Source of the DNA: Balanoglossus misakiensis
Taxonomy: Eukaryota > Animalia > Hemichordata
Length of the DNA stretch: 64,000 bases
Reading direction: 5' to 3'
Assembly (NCBI GenBank): GCA_040954595.2
Contig: CM082576.2
Location: forward strand, 7,629,129-7,693,128
The notes under the pieces are model-generated. The model was not told the DNA's origin, searched no databases, and worked only from the letters and a program-made list of their open reading frames with translations. Shown here piece after piece: positions 1-12,932 of the stretch. The stretch's first letter is position 1; each line of letters starts with the position of its first letter. The translations under genes were made by a program, and so were the position numbers.

Positions 1-295
1 TATCAATCTGTGGTTTCGGTGGGGAAACTTGTGAAAATGATGTGGAAATAGATAAAAAAGTTTCAGGTACTGAAGATAAAAGAATGAGCTAACCACACTG
101 TCTGTCCAGTGCTGGGTTAGTCTAATAATAAATTTAAGATGAATAGTATCTTTGTTCTGTATCATAACTTTTCGTGAATTCTTACCTTGAACTTATTCAT
201 TGTTTTATAAGTGTCTGACTTCATCCTGTTCTCCACCTTCTACACTGTACTATTACGAGAATCGATTTTCATCTGACTTCTAACTCTTACCACAG

Positions 296-3200
296 TGCTC
301 ACAAGATTGTGGCCGTGGCATGGTGTCTCGTCAAGTGCACTGTTCAAGTAAGAAGGGCATAGTTTATCCAGATGAGTTGTGTAGCGCAAAGAGAAAACCC
401 AAAGTGATCGATGAATGCATCTCTACCACGGCCTGCCCTCCACAATGGCATTCATCTGAATGGAGTGAGGTCAGTGCAGACTCTCAGCATTGATGTAAAA
501 AGGGGAAAGGGGATATATTGAAATCAGCTAAGTTTCATAGGAATCTATAATTAGGATTTGTGTGTTCATAGAATATCTGCAGTGGTCCAGATGCACCGTT
601 TGGGTGAGAATACCCCCTTTTTATAATACAAGCAGCACACACTGTTTACTAACAGACTGTTTTGATATGATTCTCCAGTGTTCAAGTAACTGTGGTGAAG
701 GAATACAGACCCGGACTGTTGTGTGCGCATCCATGATCGGCTCGGAATTGCAGACCTTGGCTAATGACGAGTGCAGTGCCAAAGATAAACCCGAAGACAG
801 CAAGGCCTGCAATAATGATCCCTGTACTGCCATGTGGTTCACTGGTCCCTGGACAAAGGTAAGGTTATCAGGAATTGGCTTCCAGCAATGTTTACCTTCC
901 AACACAGCATCATATTCTGTAACGAGAACATTTCGAGAACCAAATTTGTTTTTCCTTGTGGTATGGGGAGTAGGAAGTTACTTGTCAAAAAACAAAAACA
1001 TGAGTGAATTGGAAAATGGACAGTGATGTACTGGTATGATGTAAATCCAAATTTTGCAAAGTTTAAAAACACAAGGAAAGTTTCTCTGAAATAATAGTAT
1101 GAAAAGTTAAAAAGAATAACCATCTGTGAAAAAACTGGTCATAACTGTCTTGTTTCTGTTTTAGTGCACAGAGCCATGCGGTAGTGGACAGAGGAGTAGA
1201 GAGGTCATGTGTTTCTCTGATGGTCAGATTGTTTCTGAAATACAGTGCGATATTGGCCAACGACCAGTGGACAGAGAATATTGTAACACTGATCCATGTG
1301 ATGAAGGTCTGTGTTCTCATTTTCATCCTCATGCATTGATACAGACCATGGTTGTAATGTTCAATTCTGATTCAGAATAACTCTTTTATTGCTGACTTAG
1401 GACCAGTTTTGATACTTTGCAACTGATGCATATCAGAATGGATTCCAAATTGAAAAATGTGTGTTAACTACTTGCTCCCATTTCAGGTGATGCAAGGGAA
1501 TTTACAGATCCACTAGCAGATAGAATAAATGGGAATTGCGAGAACTCAGAGTTTGGTTGCTGTGGCGATGATGTGACGGCCGCTTCAGGACCGTTCCTCC
1601 AAGGATGCCCACCAGTGACATACAGGTATTTGTCCTCCCTTCCAAACACAGCCTCATTTATTTGAGGAAATCTGTTGTGATGCGCAGAACACACGATAGA
1701 ACTATGCACATACCTCTCATATAATGTTACCATGAAAGCTGTAGTCCAACCCCATTGTTTTTCAGTGGTGTGGGTGGACCACACTTATTAGGAAATAGGG
1801 GTGAAAGGGTTTGTGTGGTGGGTTTAGCCACATCTTTCATGTATACTGGCCCTGTGTGATGCAGAAAAATGTCTCAAATATTGAAAACATTGAGATAAAT
1901 ATACAGATCACAGCTCAACAAATGTTTGAGAAATATATGTTACCGTTTCTGCGCAGGGATTGTGCTGAGAGTCGGTATGGCTGTTGCGAAGATGGCGAAA
2001 CACCAGCGAGCGGTCTCAACTATGAAGGTTGCACTGATGATCCCATCGATCCCAACTCTTGCAAGTTGTCCAAATTTGGCTGCTGCAGTGATGGGGTGAC
2101 CGCAGCCCTGGGTCAGTATGGTGCGGGCTGTCCAGGAAGCAACGTGGTCGTCAACTGTCAGGAGACGCTGTTTGGCTGCTGTCCCAATGGTATTGATGCC
2201 GCCAAGGGTCGTAACTATGCAGGATGTACCAGCGAGGAAGCTAAACAAGGTGAATATTCTAGAATATTTAGCTTGTGGATTCTGTTTATCTTCATCATGT
2301 TTACATCCAGATTGGTAGATGATTATGCTTATATCAAACGAAATGCAATGTACTGGGGGGTATATCATTTCAATTTCATGTTTCAAGTATTTAAAGATTG
2401 TAGTAAGTAGACTGGCTTTTGTCGCAGATTGTAATTATAGTGTATTTTAATATAGCAACTGAAAAAAGGTTCATGCATGTTTCTGAATCTTACTTTATTG
2501 TAGAAATCTGTGCCCAGCCCAGAAAGCCAGGTTCCTGCAGGGCCTTCATCACCAAGTGGTATTTCGACCAGTCCTACGGCACATGTACCAGGTTCTGGTA
2601 TGGAGGCTGTGAAGGCAATGCCAATAACTTTGATACAGAGGATGAGTGCATTGAAGCCTGTGTAGGAAGTGATCCAGACCCACCACAAGAAGGTGAGAAG
2701 ATTTGTTCTCACACTCTGATTTCACACTCTCAGCATGCCAGGAGTGTGAGAAAATGTTGTGATCTGTCCTGTATGATTGGTGACACTAGGAGGGATTGAA
2801 AAGAAATTGGGCAACTGTTATACCAGGCTTTGTGGAGTGAAAAGTGCGAAATATGTGTTCACACCAATGAGCTATATCCTTTAACTGGTACTAAACCTGT
2901 ATTTTCTTTGCTGCAGCTTTTACATTGCAGCTACTTGTAGTAGATTAACCTCCAGTCTGCTAAGCCTACTAACGCCAAAAAGTTTCCCAACAATTTTAAT
3001 CTGCATCAAGTTTCTCGAATGTCCCTTTTTACTTACCCAGAACTGTGTAGCCAGTCGTATGAAGTTGGGCCATGCAGAGGACAGATACCCAGCTGGTACT
3101 TTGACCCTGAGGCCGATGATGGCCATGGTGAATGCAAACAGTTCATGTACGGTGGCTGCAGAGGCAACAAGAACAGATTCCGTGAGCAGTCCGTCTGTGA

Positions 3201-6200
3201 ACACACTTGTGGTACTCTGACAAGAGGTGAGTGATATGAAAGAGAAGACTGAATAAGTCAGAACAATTTATTGTATGTAATAGTGCTTTCACAATTTGTG
3301 TTATCAGTCTGTGTTGTGTTTTGAACACGTTTTGATATAATAGTGTGACCGTTAATACAAACTTTTTTTCTCCTTTTCACAGATCCATGCTCACTTCCGA
3401 AAGATGAAGGTAACTGTGATGGCTCTCATCCCAGGTACTACTTCAATCAAGACACACAGACGTGCGACGAGTTCACCTACACAGGTTGCCTGGGCAACCC
3501 CAACCGATTTACAGACAAGGCTGAATGCGAAAGCAGGTGTAATGTCGTGCCAGAGGTGATACCTCCCAAACCCAAACCCAAGGATAGAAAGACCGATATC
3601 TGTAAGCTGCCGGTGGCCGTGGGTCCCTGCAGAGCTCAGCTGCCCAAGTTTTATTACAATTTTGCCACTGAGCGGTGCGAGAGATTCTCCTACGGTGGTT
3701 GTCGGGGCAACGAGAACAGATTTGATAAACTGGAAGAGTGTGAGAGGCAGTGTGGTAGATCTGCGCCAGGTGAGTACCACAAACTGTAATCTAATCTCAT
3801 GTTCACGGTCCCCACACAGTTTGATCTGAAATTAGACCATGGGAATATGAATGGTGTGTTCATGTGGTTTTCACAGGTACATGTACTATCATAGCATCAA
3901 CATGATTTGGTACGACTTCAACACGTGCTGTCACACACCCATTTTGCGTCATCCACTAGTCTACATTTCTTGTTGCTTCCATCGTCACCATAGTTTCCTT
4001 TTCATTTTCTTCACATTTCACACCTTTCACACACATATCCAAATCATCAGAAATGGTAGATCCAGTCTGCAGCCTGCCCAAGGACACTGGGCCGTGCAAG
4101 GCCTTGCTTCCACATTGGTACTTTGACCAAGCCCTGGGAACCTGTGTGCAGTTTAACTATGGCGGCTGTGAAGGCAATGGCAATAGGTTTAAATCCCAGG
4201 ACGAGTGTCGATCAGCTTGTGGCCAAGGTTAGAGGAGTTAAAGAAAATGCATTTACATTTCATATGTACATGGAATTTTCACATTGCAATAGTGCATGTT
4301 TGCGATGACATCTATTCAAGCATTCATATCTTGCTATAGTAATGATTGCTTCATCTCCAATGCAACAGCTGATATCAACTTATAATTTATGCATTACTCG
4401 CTTGCATAGTAAACATACATGGCATATCCATATAGTGCCAGAAACTTTGCAGTTGCATTGCATGCTATTATTTTGATTTGTTTTTTGTTTTATGTTCAGT
4501 GAAACTCTACTATAGGTGTAATCAAAACTGTTACACCTCCCACCAAACAGAGTCTCAACAGAGTCTCGAGATGAGAAGAAAACATTTTAAAATAAAGACG
4601 GTTTCCATCTGTTAATGATAGAAATGTTCACACAAGCACTGTCAAACAGTTATGTGAGAAATCTGCAGGGTGTCTTTTGAACTGACTTTCAATTTCTAGA
4701 CAACTGGTTGTCTCCCAGAATTGATCAGATGCATTCAAAGACAGAGTTTCACTGAACAGCATCATTTTTTTTATCATCTGCTTTATATTTTACTTTGCTT
4801 CACAAAGCCCAAACAGGAGACATTTGCAGCTTGCCGGGAGATCCAGGTCCCTGCCGGGCTGCGTTCCCACGTTGGCACTATGATCAGGAACAGGGAACGT
4901 GCGCTGAATTCTTGTATGGTGGCTGCGAGGGCAATGCTAATCAGTTTAGAACGCGGGAAGAGTGTGCGGCAGCCTGTAGCCACATGAATGCTGGTAGTGG
5001 CGGGAGTGGCAGCAACAGACGAGGTTAGGGAAATGAAGCAGCCACGAGGCGGTTTTACTCAGTGACCATCAGTGCATTATGTGTTTTTTTCATGCTTGTC
5101 TAATTGGCACGGCTGACTGCTTTTAGTAATCATGACTTTCACATGAATTGGCAAATTGCAAGTTATTTGCACAGAGCTTATTAAGATGCTGTTAAAAGCT
5201 TTCATTTCATGTTCATTGCTTGATTTGCTGTATTGCTATCAGCTCACATCTTGTGCCTGTGATGTGGAAAATTCTTGAAGATGCTGACCTCAGATGAGGA
5301 AACTCGATCGATCAAATTTTATTCATCAGTTCATGGCCATGCACAATAGAACATATCCTGGTTGATTATTATTAAAGTTGGTGCTTGAACGATGTTTCTG
5401 CCATGGGAGAAAAAAAAATCATGTACCAGTCAGGAGAATGTTTTAATCTTGTTCCCAGGGAAGGTGAGTGTATTGTTAAAAGAAGTGTAATAATTGCTAA
5501 AATCTCTGAATTGTTCTTTTTCCCCACGAAAATGCAGCTGCAGCATGCGAACAGACGAGACAAAAGTATCTGAGCGAATCGCGTGGCATAGTTCGAGGAC
5601 GCTACATCCCGCAGTGCAGGGAAGACGGCAGCTACGAACCCATTCAGTGCCATGGCACCACTGGTTACTGTTGGTGTGTCAATGAAATCGGGGAAGAAAT
5701 CGACAACACAAGAAAGCCGCCGGGCACCCAGAAACCAAACTGTGAAGGTATAAAGTAACGGCAGTTCTAAGTAGTTTTTTTCACCAATGGTTATTCTGTG
5801 GGAAGAAATATTCAATAAGATTTATCTCAGAATTAAGCATGTTGACCACTTTTGTTTTTGTCTGTTAAGACTCACTCAGCCAGCTCTTCCTTATGTTGAA
5901 TTCTCATATCCACATTTACAGGCCACAAAGAAAACACCCAGTGCAATGTTCAGTACAACAGCGCTATCGAAGACTCCCTGGTGGTGGTCGGCAGATACCT
6001 GCCGCAGTGCACGGAGGAGGGAGAGTACGAACCGCTGCAGTGTCACCCAAGTTCAGGATTCTGCTGGTGTGTGGACGCGCAGGGCAACACGGTCGAAGGC
6101 ACCAAGCTGGCGCCTCCAGAAAGACCCCAGTGTCCGGGTAAGTGGCACGGAACAGCCAGTGGAAAGTGACCTTTGAATTAAGAAGGAACAATTCTTCAAT

Positions 6201-9200
6201 GTCTTATACATTATATGGGTTACTTTATCCCAGTATACATCACTGGCATTTTGTATGTGATCATGTTCTTGCACTGTCTGGTATACGATTTCTTCTTTTG
6301 AAATCTGTCCGTGTACTAGAGAGTTGAAGATGTATGTATATAGACGTAGATGTCAAAATGGTGTACGTTTTATATAATTGTGTACTGATATGTTGATACA
6401 AGTTAGGAATAACAGCACTTTCTATCTCTGTTTTATTTTTTGGTAACTTGTACAGATCTTTGCAGTCTTCCTGCTGAGTCAGGTCCATGCTATGCTTACT
6501 TTGAGATGTGGGTCTACAACAGTGAAAGCAGGCAGTGTGAACAGTTTGTCTACGGAGGTTGTCAAGGCAATGCAAACAGATTCCCCACCCGGGAGAAATG
6601 TCTTGCAAGGTGTGGCTCGCCTGGTAAGTTGAAAAATTTCAGCACTGTCTTGATATTGCGGGGAATACCAGAAGTTGATGGTGTCTTTTTGTGCCTTGTA
6701 TCTGATGAACACAATGACGTATACATCTCTTGTTTGCTTTTCTTTTTGACAGACATGCCGGACACAAAATGCCGACAAGAGAGACAACAGGCCCTGGCAT
6801 CTCCAGGCAGCTTCGTGCCGGAATGCACGGAAGAGGGCGAGTATGTGCCTCTGCAGTGCAACGAGAGAACCAGATATTGCTGGTGTGTCAATGAAAGAGG
6901 GGATGAGATTATTGGTTCCAAGAGAGGACCTGGAGAAGATGACCCCATTTGTCCAGGTAGTGTAACTTGTGTTCTTAGTGTCTGTAGCTTGCGTTGGATA
7001 GGTCTAAATTGAATTCAAACACATCCAATATAATTTGTGAATTTGTATATCATCATGGCTATATTATGTTTGAAATTACACCTTGTTTCCACAGAAAACG
7101 AGCCAGACATTCCACTCTGCCAAAGACACTACTCCAGAGCCCTCAGCGAGAGCGTGGTGGGAGCGTTTGTGCCCACGTGCAACGAAGACGGAGAATATGA
7201 ATCCATGCAGTGTCACGGAAGCACTGGACGTTGCTGGTGTGTGGACAAGAAGGGAAATGAGATACCTGGAACCCAGTCTGGTCCTGGACAGCCCCCACCA
7301 CTTTGTGAAGGTAGGGCTGTCTAAAAAATATGTGTTTCCTTTAATTTTTTTTAAGTTTATTCAGGAGAAAAGTTTGATCCATATGAGCTGAATCAAAGGG
7401 TGATAAATTTCTCTTTCAACCAAGAATCAGATAATTTCAAAATTTATATTTAGGTAGATAAAAATTTGAAACTTGTGAACTTTCTCCATTCCAACAAAAA
7501 TCATTTTCATGTACCGGTACAGGATATACTGAACTGCAACAAGCTAGGTTGTGTCATTAGTGATGACTCAGTCACCACTATATAACTGTGCTAGGCTCCT
7601 CTGATGAATTAGTGTTGCTTTGACTGTGAAGGAATGACTTTTACTTTCTTTTGTGGGTCAGAAACGAGGAGAGACACTGAATGCAGGAGACAACATGCCA
7701 GGGTGTTGTACAACCCACAGCCAGGCCAGATCATCCCACAGTGCTCGGAAGAAGGAGGCTTCAAACCAAGGCAGTGCTGGGGAAGTTCGGGTTATTGTTG
7801 GTGCGTCAATGAACTTGGAAGGGAGATTGCGCGAACCAGGACAGGACCCCATGAACCAAGACCAGAGTGTGATGGTAATGTGTTTTACTGATGGATATGC
7901 AGCTGTAATGTTTCAAACTTCTGTGTAGAAGATGTAGCCAAGTGCAGCCCCTACTTCGGACAGGGGAAATTATTCAAATTTGAGTTAGATCAATTTGTAG
8001 AAAGAAATGGTGTGAAAACTTCCTCCTTTGCCATAGTATCCGAATATTGATCATGATTCTTTCAAAAATGGTGTTTTAAGGTTTGAACATGACTATTTGA
8101 TTGATTGAACTTTTGATGGATTGATTGGTTGGTTGATTGATTGATTGATTTGTGTATTCTTGGTTGCCTTCCTCTCTGTCACAGAATACCAACCACCCCG
8201 TGACACGGAATGCAGACGACAAAGAGCCGAAGCCCTCATCACTCTCTATCCAGACCAGTTCATTGTGGAGTGTACAGATGATGGTGATTTTGAACCCATG
8301 CAGTGCGACGGCTTCCTGGGCGTATGTTGGTGTGTCGACCTAGATGGCGAGAGAGTCTCTGGCACTGAGCAGCACGGGAGACTTGGCCCAGATTGTGAAC
8401 GTAAGGATTCACTGGTTTATTTTTAATCAAAGGTTTGGGTGGCATTTTAGCAATAAAATATATGTGTTATAACTCTGTCAAAGGCAGTCAGCATTAAACC
8501 TCCCTCTTTATTGCCATGATTTTGCTTCTCTGTCCAATTTTCATTTTCCCCTTTTCTTTGTATTAACAGCGTACAGAAGGAAGGACACTCAGTGTCTAAG
8601 ACACAGGGAGGAAGCAGAGAACATAGTGCAGTCTGGAGTAGAAACCTTCATCCCTGTTTGCCGAGAGGAGGATGGAGAGTACGCAGAAATCCAGTGTTAT
8701 GGCGGACGGAATGATGGCTACTGTTGGTGTGTGGATGAATCCGGTCAGGAGATCCCGGGGACGAGAACTCTGGAGAGGGGGCAGACACCGGACTGTAGAG
8801 GTGAGATGTGTAGTCAGTATATTAAAGGAGGCACACATCAGTGGAGAAGTTAGTTTATCACTGCGTGAAAAGGATGCAGTATTTTTTTATAAAATTTTAT
8901 GTTAATTACAGGGGCACCTGAGCCAGGCTCCAATGAGGTTGATGAAGAATCTAGTGGAGATGATGAAGACATTGTGATACGAATCCCTGAAGGGAGATTG
9001 GATTGCTGGTTGACAGATTACGGCTGTTGCGAAGATGGGTACACAACAGCTGCTGGTCCAGACGGGGAGGGGTGCCCCGAGACCGAGATTGAGGAGGAAG
9101 ACATCATCAAAGAGGTGGTTCCGGAGCTGGGAGGCGATTGCCGCTCCACGCCGTACGGCTGCTGCCCTGACCGCGTCACTCCGGCCGCAGGGCGCGGTAA

Positions 9201-12200
9201 TCTCGGCTGCCCGAAACCCGTGGAGGAAGAAATCAGCAGAGAGGAGGAGCCGGTTGTGGGCGGAGACTGCAGATCGACTCCATACGGATGCTGTCCAGAT
9301 GGCGTGACTCCTGCAGGAGGTAGGAATTATCTTGGATGTGATGATGACTTTGAGGAAGAGGAAGATGAAGAGGACAGACTTCTCTTCGGTTGTCTCCAGA
9401 GTGATCATGGATGTTGCAACGATGGCGTGTCCCCCGCATCTGGTCCAAACATGCTGGGATGTCCAGGTGAGGGTGATAAGAAAACCTAACGTGCAATATG
9501 GTATTATGTATTATGAGTACATTTTTAAATATGGAGAAAATAGACATTGTCACTTCACCTACTCTACCAATGTCTTAGCTCAGTTGCCATGCATTCCTTC
9601 ATCTGTTACTTGAAGTGCATCTACAGTTTCATGCTGTGTTATTCTTCCGCCAAACAGATGCCAGGCCAGCGTCCATCATTCCCGGTCCTTCCGATATCAC
9701 CATCGATTCCGGCGACGTTCTTTCTCTGAGGTGTTTGGCGTCAGGTGTGCCTGAACCCTCTGTGACCTGGAGAGCTGGTGGCAGACCACTTTCCGACCTT
9801 GGCAGGGACAATTTTGTGGAAGGGCCAGAGGGATTGCTGACCATCAGTGATATCAATGCGCAGGATGCTGGTGTGTATGCCTGTACTGCCTACAACGGTC
9901 TTGGACAGCCTGCTGTGTACAGGGTGTTTGTCACTGTATTGGGTGAGTTCATGAGTAATTCAGTTCAATGACTGCTATATGATGTTAAATGTTTGATTCT
10001 CATGTAAAGAAAGATAATAAAACCTGTCTAAACCGAACCATGTCTAATCTGGAAACCTATCTATACTGAACACCTTTCCCATCCCTCCGGCATAGAATAC
10101 ATGATAAACAAACCTCTATAAACCGCACACCTCTGCAAACCGAACAATTTCTTCAGTATTTTTGGTGTTTAGTTTTACTGTAGTACCTTGTCAATTTTCA
10201 TAAACCTATTCATTTGTAAATCAGTTTCTCAGGTTGAGGTGAAGACTTAAAGTAATTTAAAGATCTCTCTAATAGAGGGTATGATATCACCCCAGATCAA
10301 ACACTTTCATTTTGGTGCATGAGAATTTGAAGTTTCTAAGTTTTTTTATGTCTTTCCACACAGTCCCTGTTGAAATCCGAGGCGGCCAGTCAGTCATCAC
10401 CACATCCGTCGGTGGAAGAGTCCGGCTGGAATGCCAGGCAACAGGCATTCCGGAACCGACTGTGGAGTGGACCAAAGGTGGCAGCCTTCTTCCCGGTAGC
10501 ATTCCCAGGTTCACCAAGTCGGAAGACAACTCCTTGCTCATCCAGTCCGTGTCCCGAGATGATGCTGGCGACTACGTCTGTACTGGAGTCAATAATGTTG
10601 GCACCGTTCAAAATAAAATTGTCACCGTCATTGTTGAAGGTTAGTCTGGGTTTACTCAGTAAATATAACTTTGTCACCACCACCATGCCCCTGTCAGGGT
10701 CATTGTTTTCTATGGTGGACTTGGACCTCTATAGAGGGAACTTGTGTTGAAAGAGTTGTGTTATTGCAAAAATGTTTTTGACAGGAAAAGATTTATCATG
10801 GTGTTCAGATCTCAAGAAGTGATGTAAGATTTTTCAACTGGTGATGAAGTCTGCATGTTTGCACATTAACCCTTTCACCCCCAGTTCTGTCTTTAGAGGT
10901 CCAACCATACCATAGAAAACAATGAATTTGGACAGGACCATAGTGCTTAAATGGTTGAGGATACTTCATTTTGGCAAAGTATCTGTAGGAACTATTGGAG
11001 ATATGTGTGCTTAATGCTGATGTCATACCCTTGGCATGAATGTTTGACTTTTGATGAGATGACAAAATAAAAACATCGCTGTCTCTTTTGTGTGGCAGCT
11101 GATGCGGAGATCATCACACCACCGATGGACATCACAGCCTCAGAGGGCGACACCATCACTATGACCTGCAGAGCCAGTGGATTTCCACAGCCTTCCATCC
11201 GTTGGACAGTCAACAACGTGCCCGTGCCTGAACTGGACAAATTTGACTTCCTGGAGAACGGTGACCTCCTCATCACAGGTGGGTGGCCAAATCAGCCGGG
11301 TTCTCGCTGAAGCGCAGTGAAAAGAGTCTGATTTAACAAACTATTTTGGAACCATGGTAACACTTCAGCTACCCATTAATATGACTGTATTGGTATACCG
11401 AGGGCAACCCCATTAAAATGACCCGGGGAACCCTGGTAACAGTCAGTTGTATTTCTATTGCATAACCACTTGACACCTGTGAATTTTTGAACATTTTGCC
11501 GCCATCGAACCATATATGTGTATTTGGAAAGTGTGAGAAATGATGTATTTCCTCATTTTCAGATGTTCGAAAGACAGACTCTGGTTTCTACACCTGCACT
11601 GCAGCTAACGGCAGAAACAGCGTCAGTGCAAGTAGTGAGCTGGTAGTCAGTGGTAAGTCTGTATATTTCATGCCTGTGTCTGAACTTTGTGTGTGTCTGT
11701 TGCTATGGTTACTCTCTCCTTGTTGTTATGTGCCGGGGTTACAGTTGAACCCTTTGCACCTTGACCCATTAATTTTAGGCATTGAGGACATTACACTGTA
11801 AGGCACTATACCTAAAAATATGAAATCCTAAAGGTGTCGCACAGAAAGAATTTTCAGTGAAACGTATACAATGAAAGGTGGTGTTGTCATAACAAAAAAA
11901 TGGGCATTCTCTGAGGACAGTGTTATGTATGTAATTGTTTATATGCCAGTTAAAAAGATAGTTCATTTCTTTTGACACAGTAAAAATATTTATTCGTTTT
12001 CATATCACAAAAGGGGAGGTTGCTGTGGTAACTGCTTCAGTAGTATAATTCCCAAGATAATTAAGTGATGATTAGTTCACTTAATGAGAATCCATTTTTG
12101 ATGAGAAACGCGAACCCCCCAGACTGGCAAGAGAAATTAACACTTTGTCTCGTGGACGATATCTCATTCTGTTGTTCTTTTTCACCGTTAGATGGAGGAA

Positions 12201-12932
12201 ATGTCAATTGAAGGCCCTGTCTACATTATCAGATTAAAAAAAAAATGTTTTGCTAACCACCTGCACACTCGTAGGAACGCACAATGACAATAAAGGAATT
12301 GGGTGGATTCTTCAAGCGTGACAAGGGACTTAATTAATTGTGACATGCTTCTTTGATCATGCAAATGTTTTAGGGTGAATTTGATCCAATTCTGGTATTT
12401 TGCTGAAAATGGCAAAGTGTGTGTGTCACACTTTTTGGATTCCTGTCAGTCATTTCGTTAACAGTCCTGCAGTGGTGGCAAGCTAGCTTAGCTTTGAAGT
12501 AACTGCCACCAAACTATAAACATGCTGATTTTCCGCAATGTTTTGGTGCAAAGCCATTGTTTTTTCTCGTGGAGATGGACGGCTATACAGAGAGATGGGC
12601 TGAAAGGGTCAATCTCCAGAGCTTTATTATTCTTCTCTGAAAAAGATGCATTTCTGCTGCTTTTCCATGAAATTTGCATCCTAGAAATTAACTTTCCAGA
12701 AATTGACACACTGATCTTCATCAAAGAAAGAAAAAAAGGCAATTAGGTGTTTGAGCAGAAACCAAGACTGATATGTCGTCTCCTTTGACTTGCAGGTGCC
12801 ACAGTGGACCCCAACTGTCAGGACGACAGCGAATTCGCCAACTGTAACCTCATTCTGGCGGCCAAACTCTGTAACAATCAGTACTATGGCAACTTCTGCT
12901 GTAAGACCTGTTCGGATAATGGGTATTTCTGA
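296..12932 (+). CDS. PAPLN: Papilin-like ECM protein (5' end lies upstream of the window), 24 exons here
   Basis: In-frame AG/GT-bounded exons. TSP1-like: 296-469, 679-858, 1165-1306. Cys-rich GCC repeats: 1487-1625, 1957-2249. Kunitz: 2504-2692, 3041-3226, 3383-3769 (two domains), 4051-4227, 4808/4817-5023. Thyroglobulin-1 (CWCV motif): 5538-5747, 5922-6137. Kunitz: 6456-6623. Tg-1: 6753-6956, 7095-7310, 7662-7874, 8185-8400, 8570-8800. GCC repeats: 8912-9466. Ig: 9658-9942, 10364-10639, 11099-11278 plus 11563-11652. PLAC (CQDDSEFANCNLILAAKLCNNQYYGNFCCKTC): 12796-12932, TGA at 12930-12932. The TSP1-Kunitz-Ig-PLAC order is the papilin signature. Confidence 0.92.
1727..1812 (+). mobile_element. 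About 90-bp MITE, copy 3 (more diverged)
   Basis: GTCCAACCCCATTGTTTTTCAGTGGT...TGGACC...GGGGTGAAAGGGTT matches the same family. Confidence 0.55.
8097..8150 (+). repeat. Imperfect (TTGA)n microsatellite upstream of a papilin Tg-1 exon
   Basis: TTGATTGATTGA...TTGGTTGGTTGATTGATTGATTGATT. Confidence 0.8.
10016..10182. mobile_element. Degenerate Tc1/mariner (Tigger-like) MITE remnant
   Basis: Internal direct repeats (AACCTGTCTAAACCGAAC, AACCTATCTATACTGAAC, AACCTCTATAAACCGCAC, ACCTCTGCAAACCGAAC) and a right end GTTTTACTG-TA typical of CAGT-terminated TA-target elements. Confidence 0.45.
10666..10758 (+). mobile_element. About 90-bp MITE, copy 2 (inverted relative to 10866-10958)
   Basis: Shares TCATTGTTTTCTATGGT, TTGGACCTCTA and TGAAAG.GTT with the reverse complement of copy 1. 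Confidence 0.6.
10866..10958 (-). mobile_element. About 90-bp TTAACCCTTT-type MITE, copy 1
   Basis: Starts TTAACCCTTTCACC. Its reverse complement aligns with 10666-10758 and 1727-1812 (shared CATTGTTTT..TGGT..TGGACC...TGAAAGGGTT). Confidence 0.65.

Noticed and set aside
5459-5463. Microexon-like TTCCCAG|GGAAG|GTGAGT in a papilin intron
   Set aside because: Five nt would shift the frame between phase-1 exons. Without RNA data it is treated as chance, though a poison microexon cannot be excluded.
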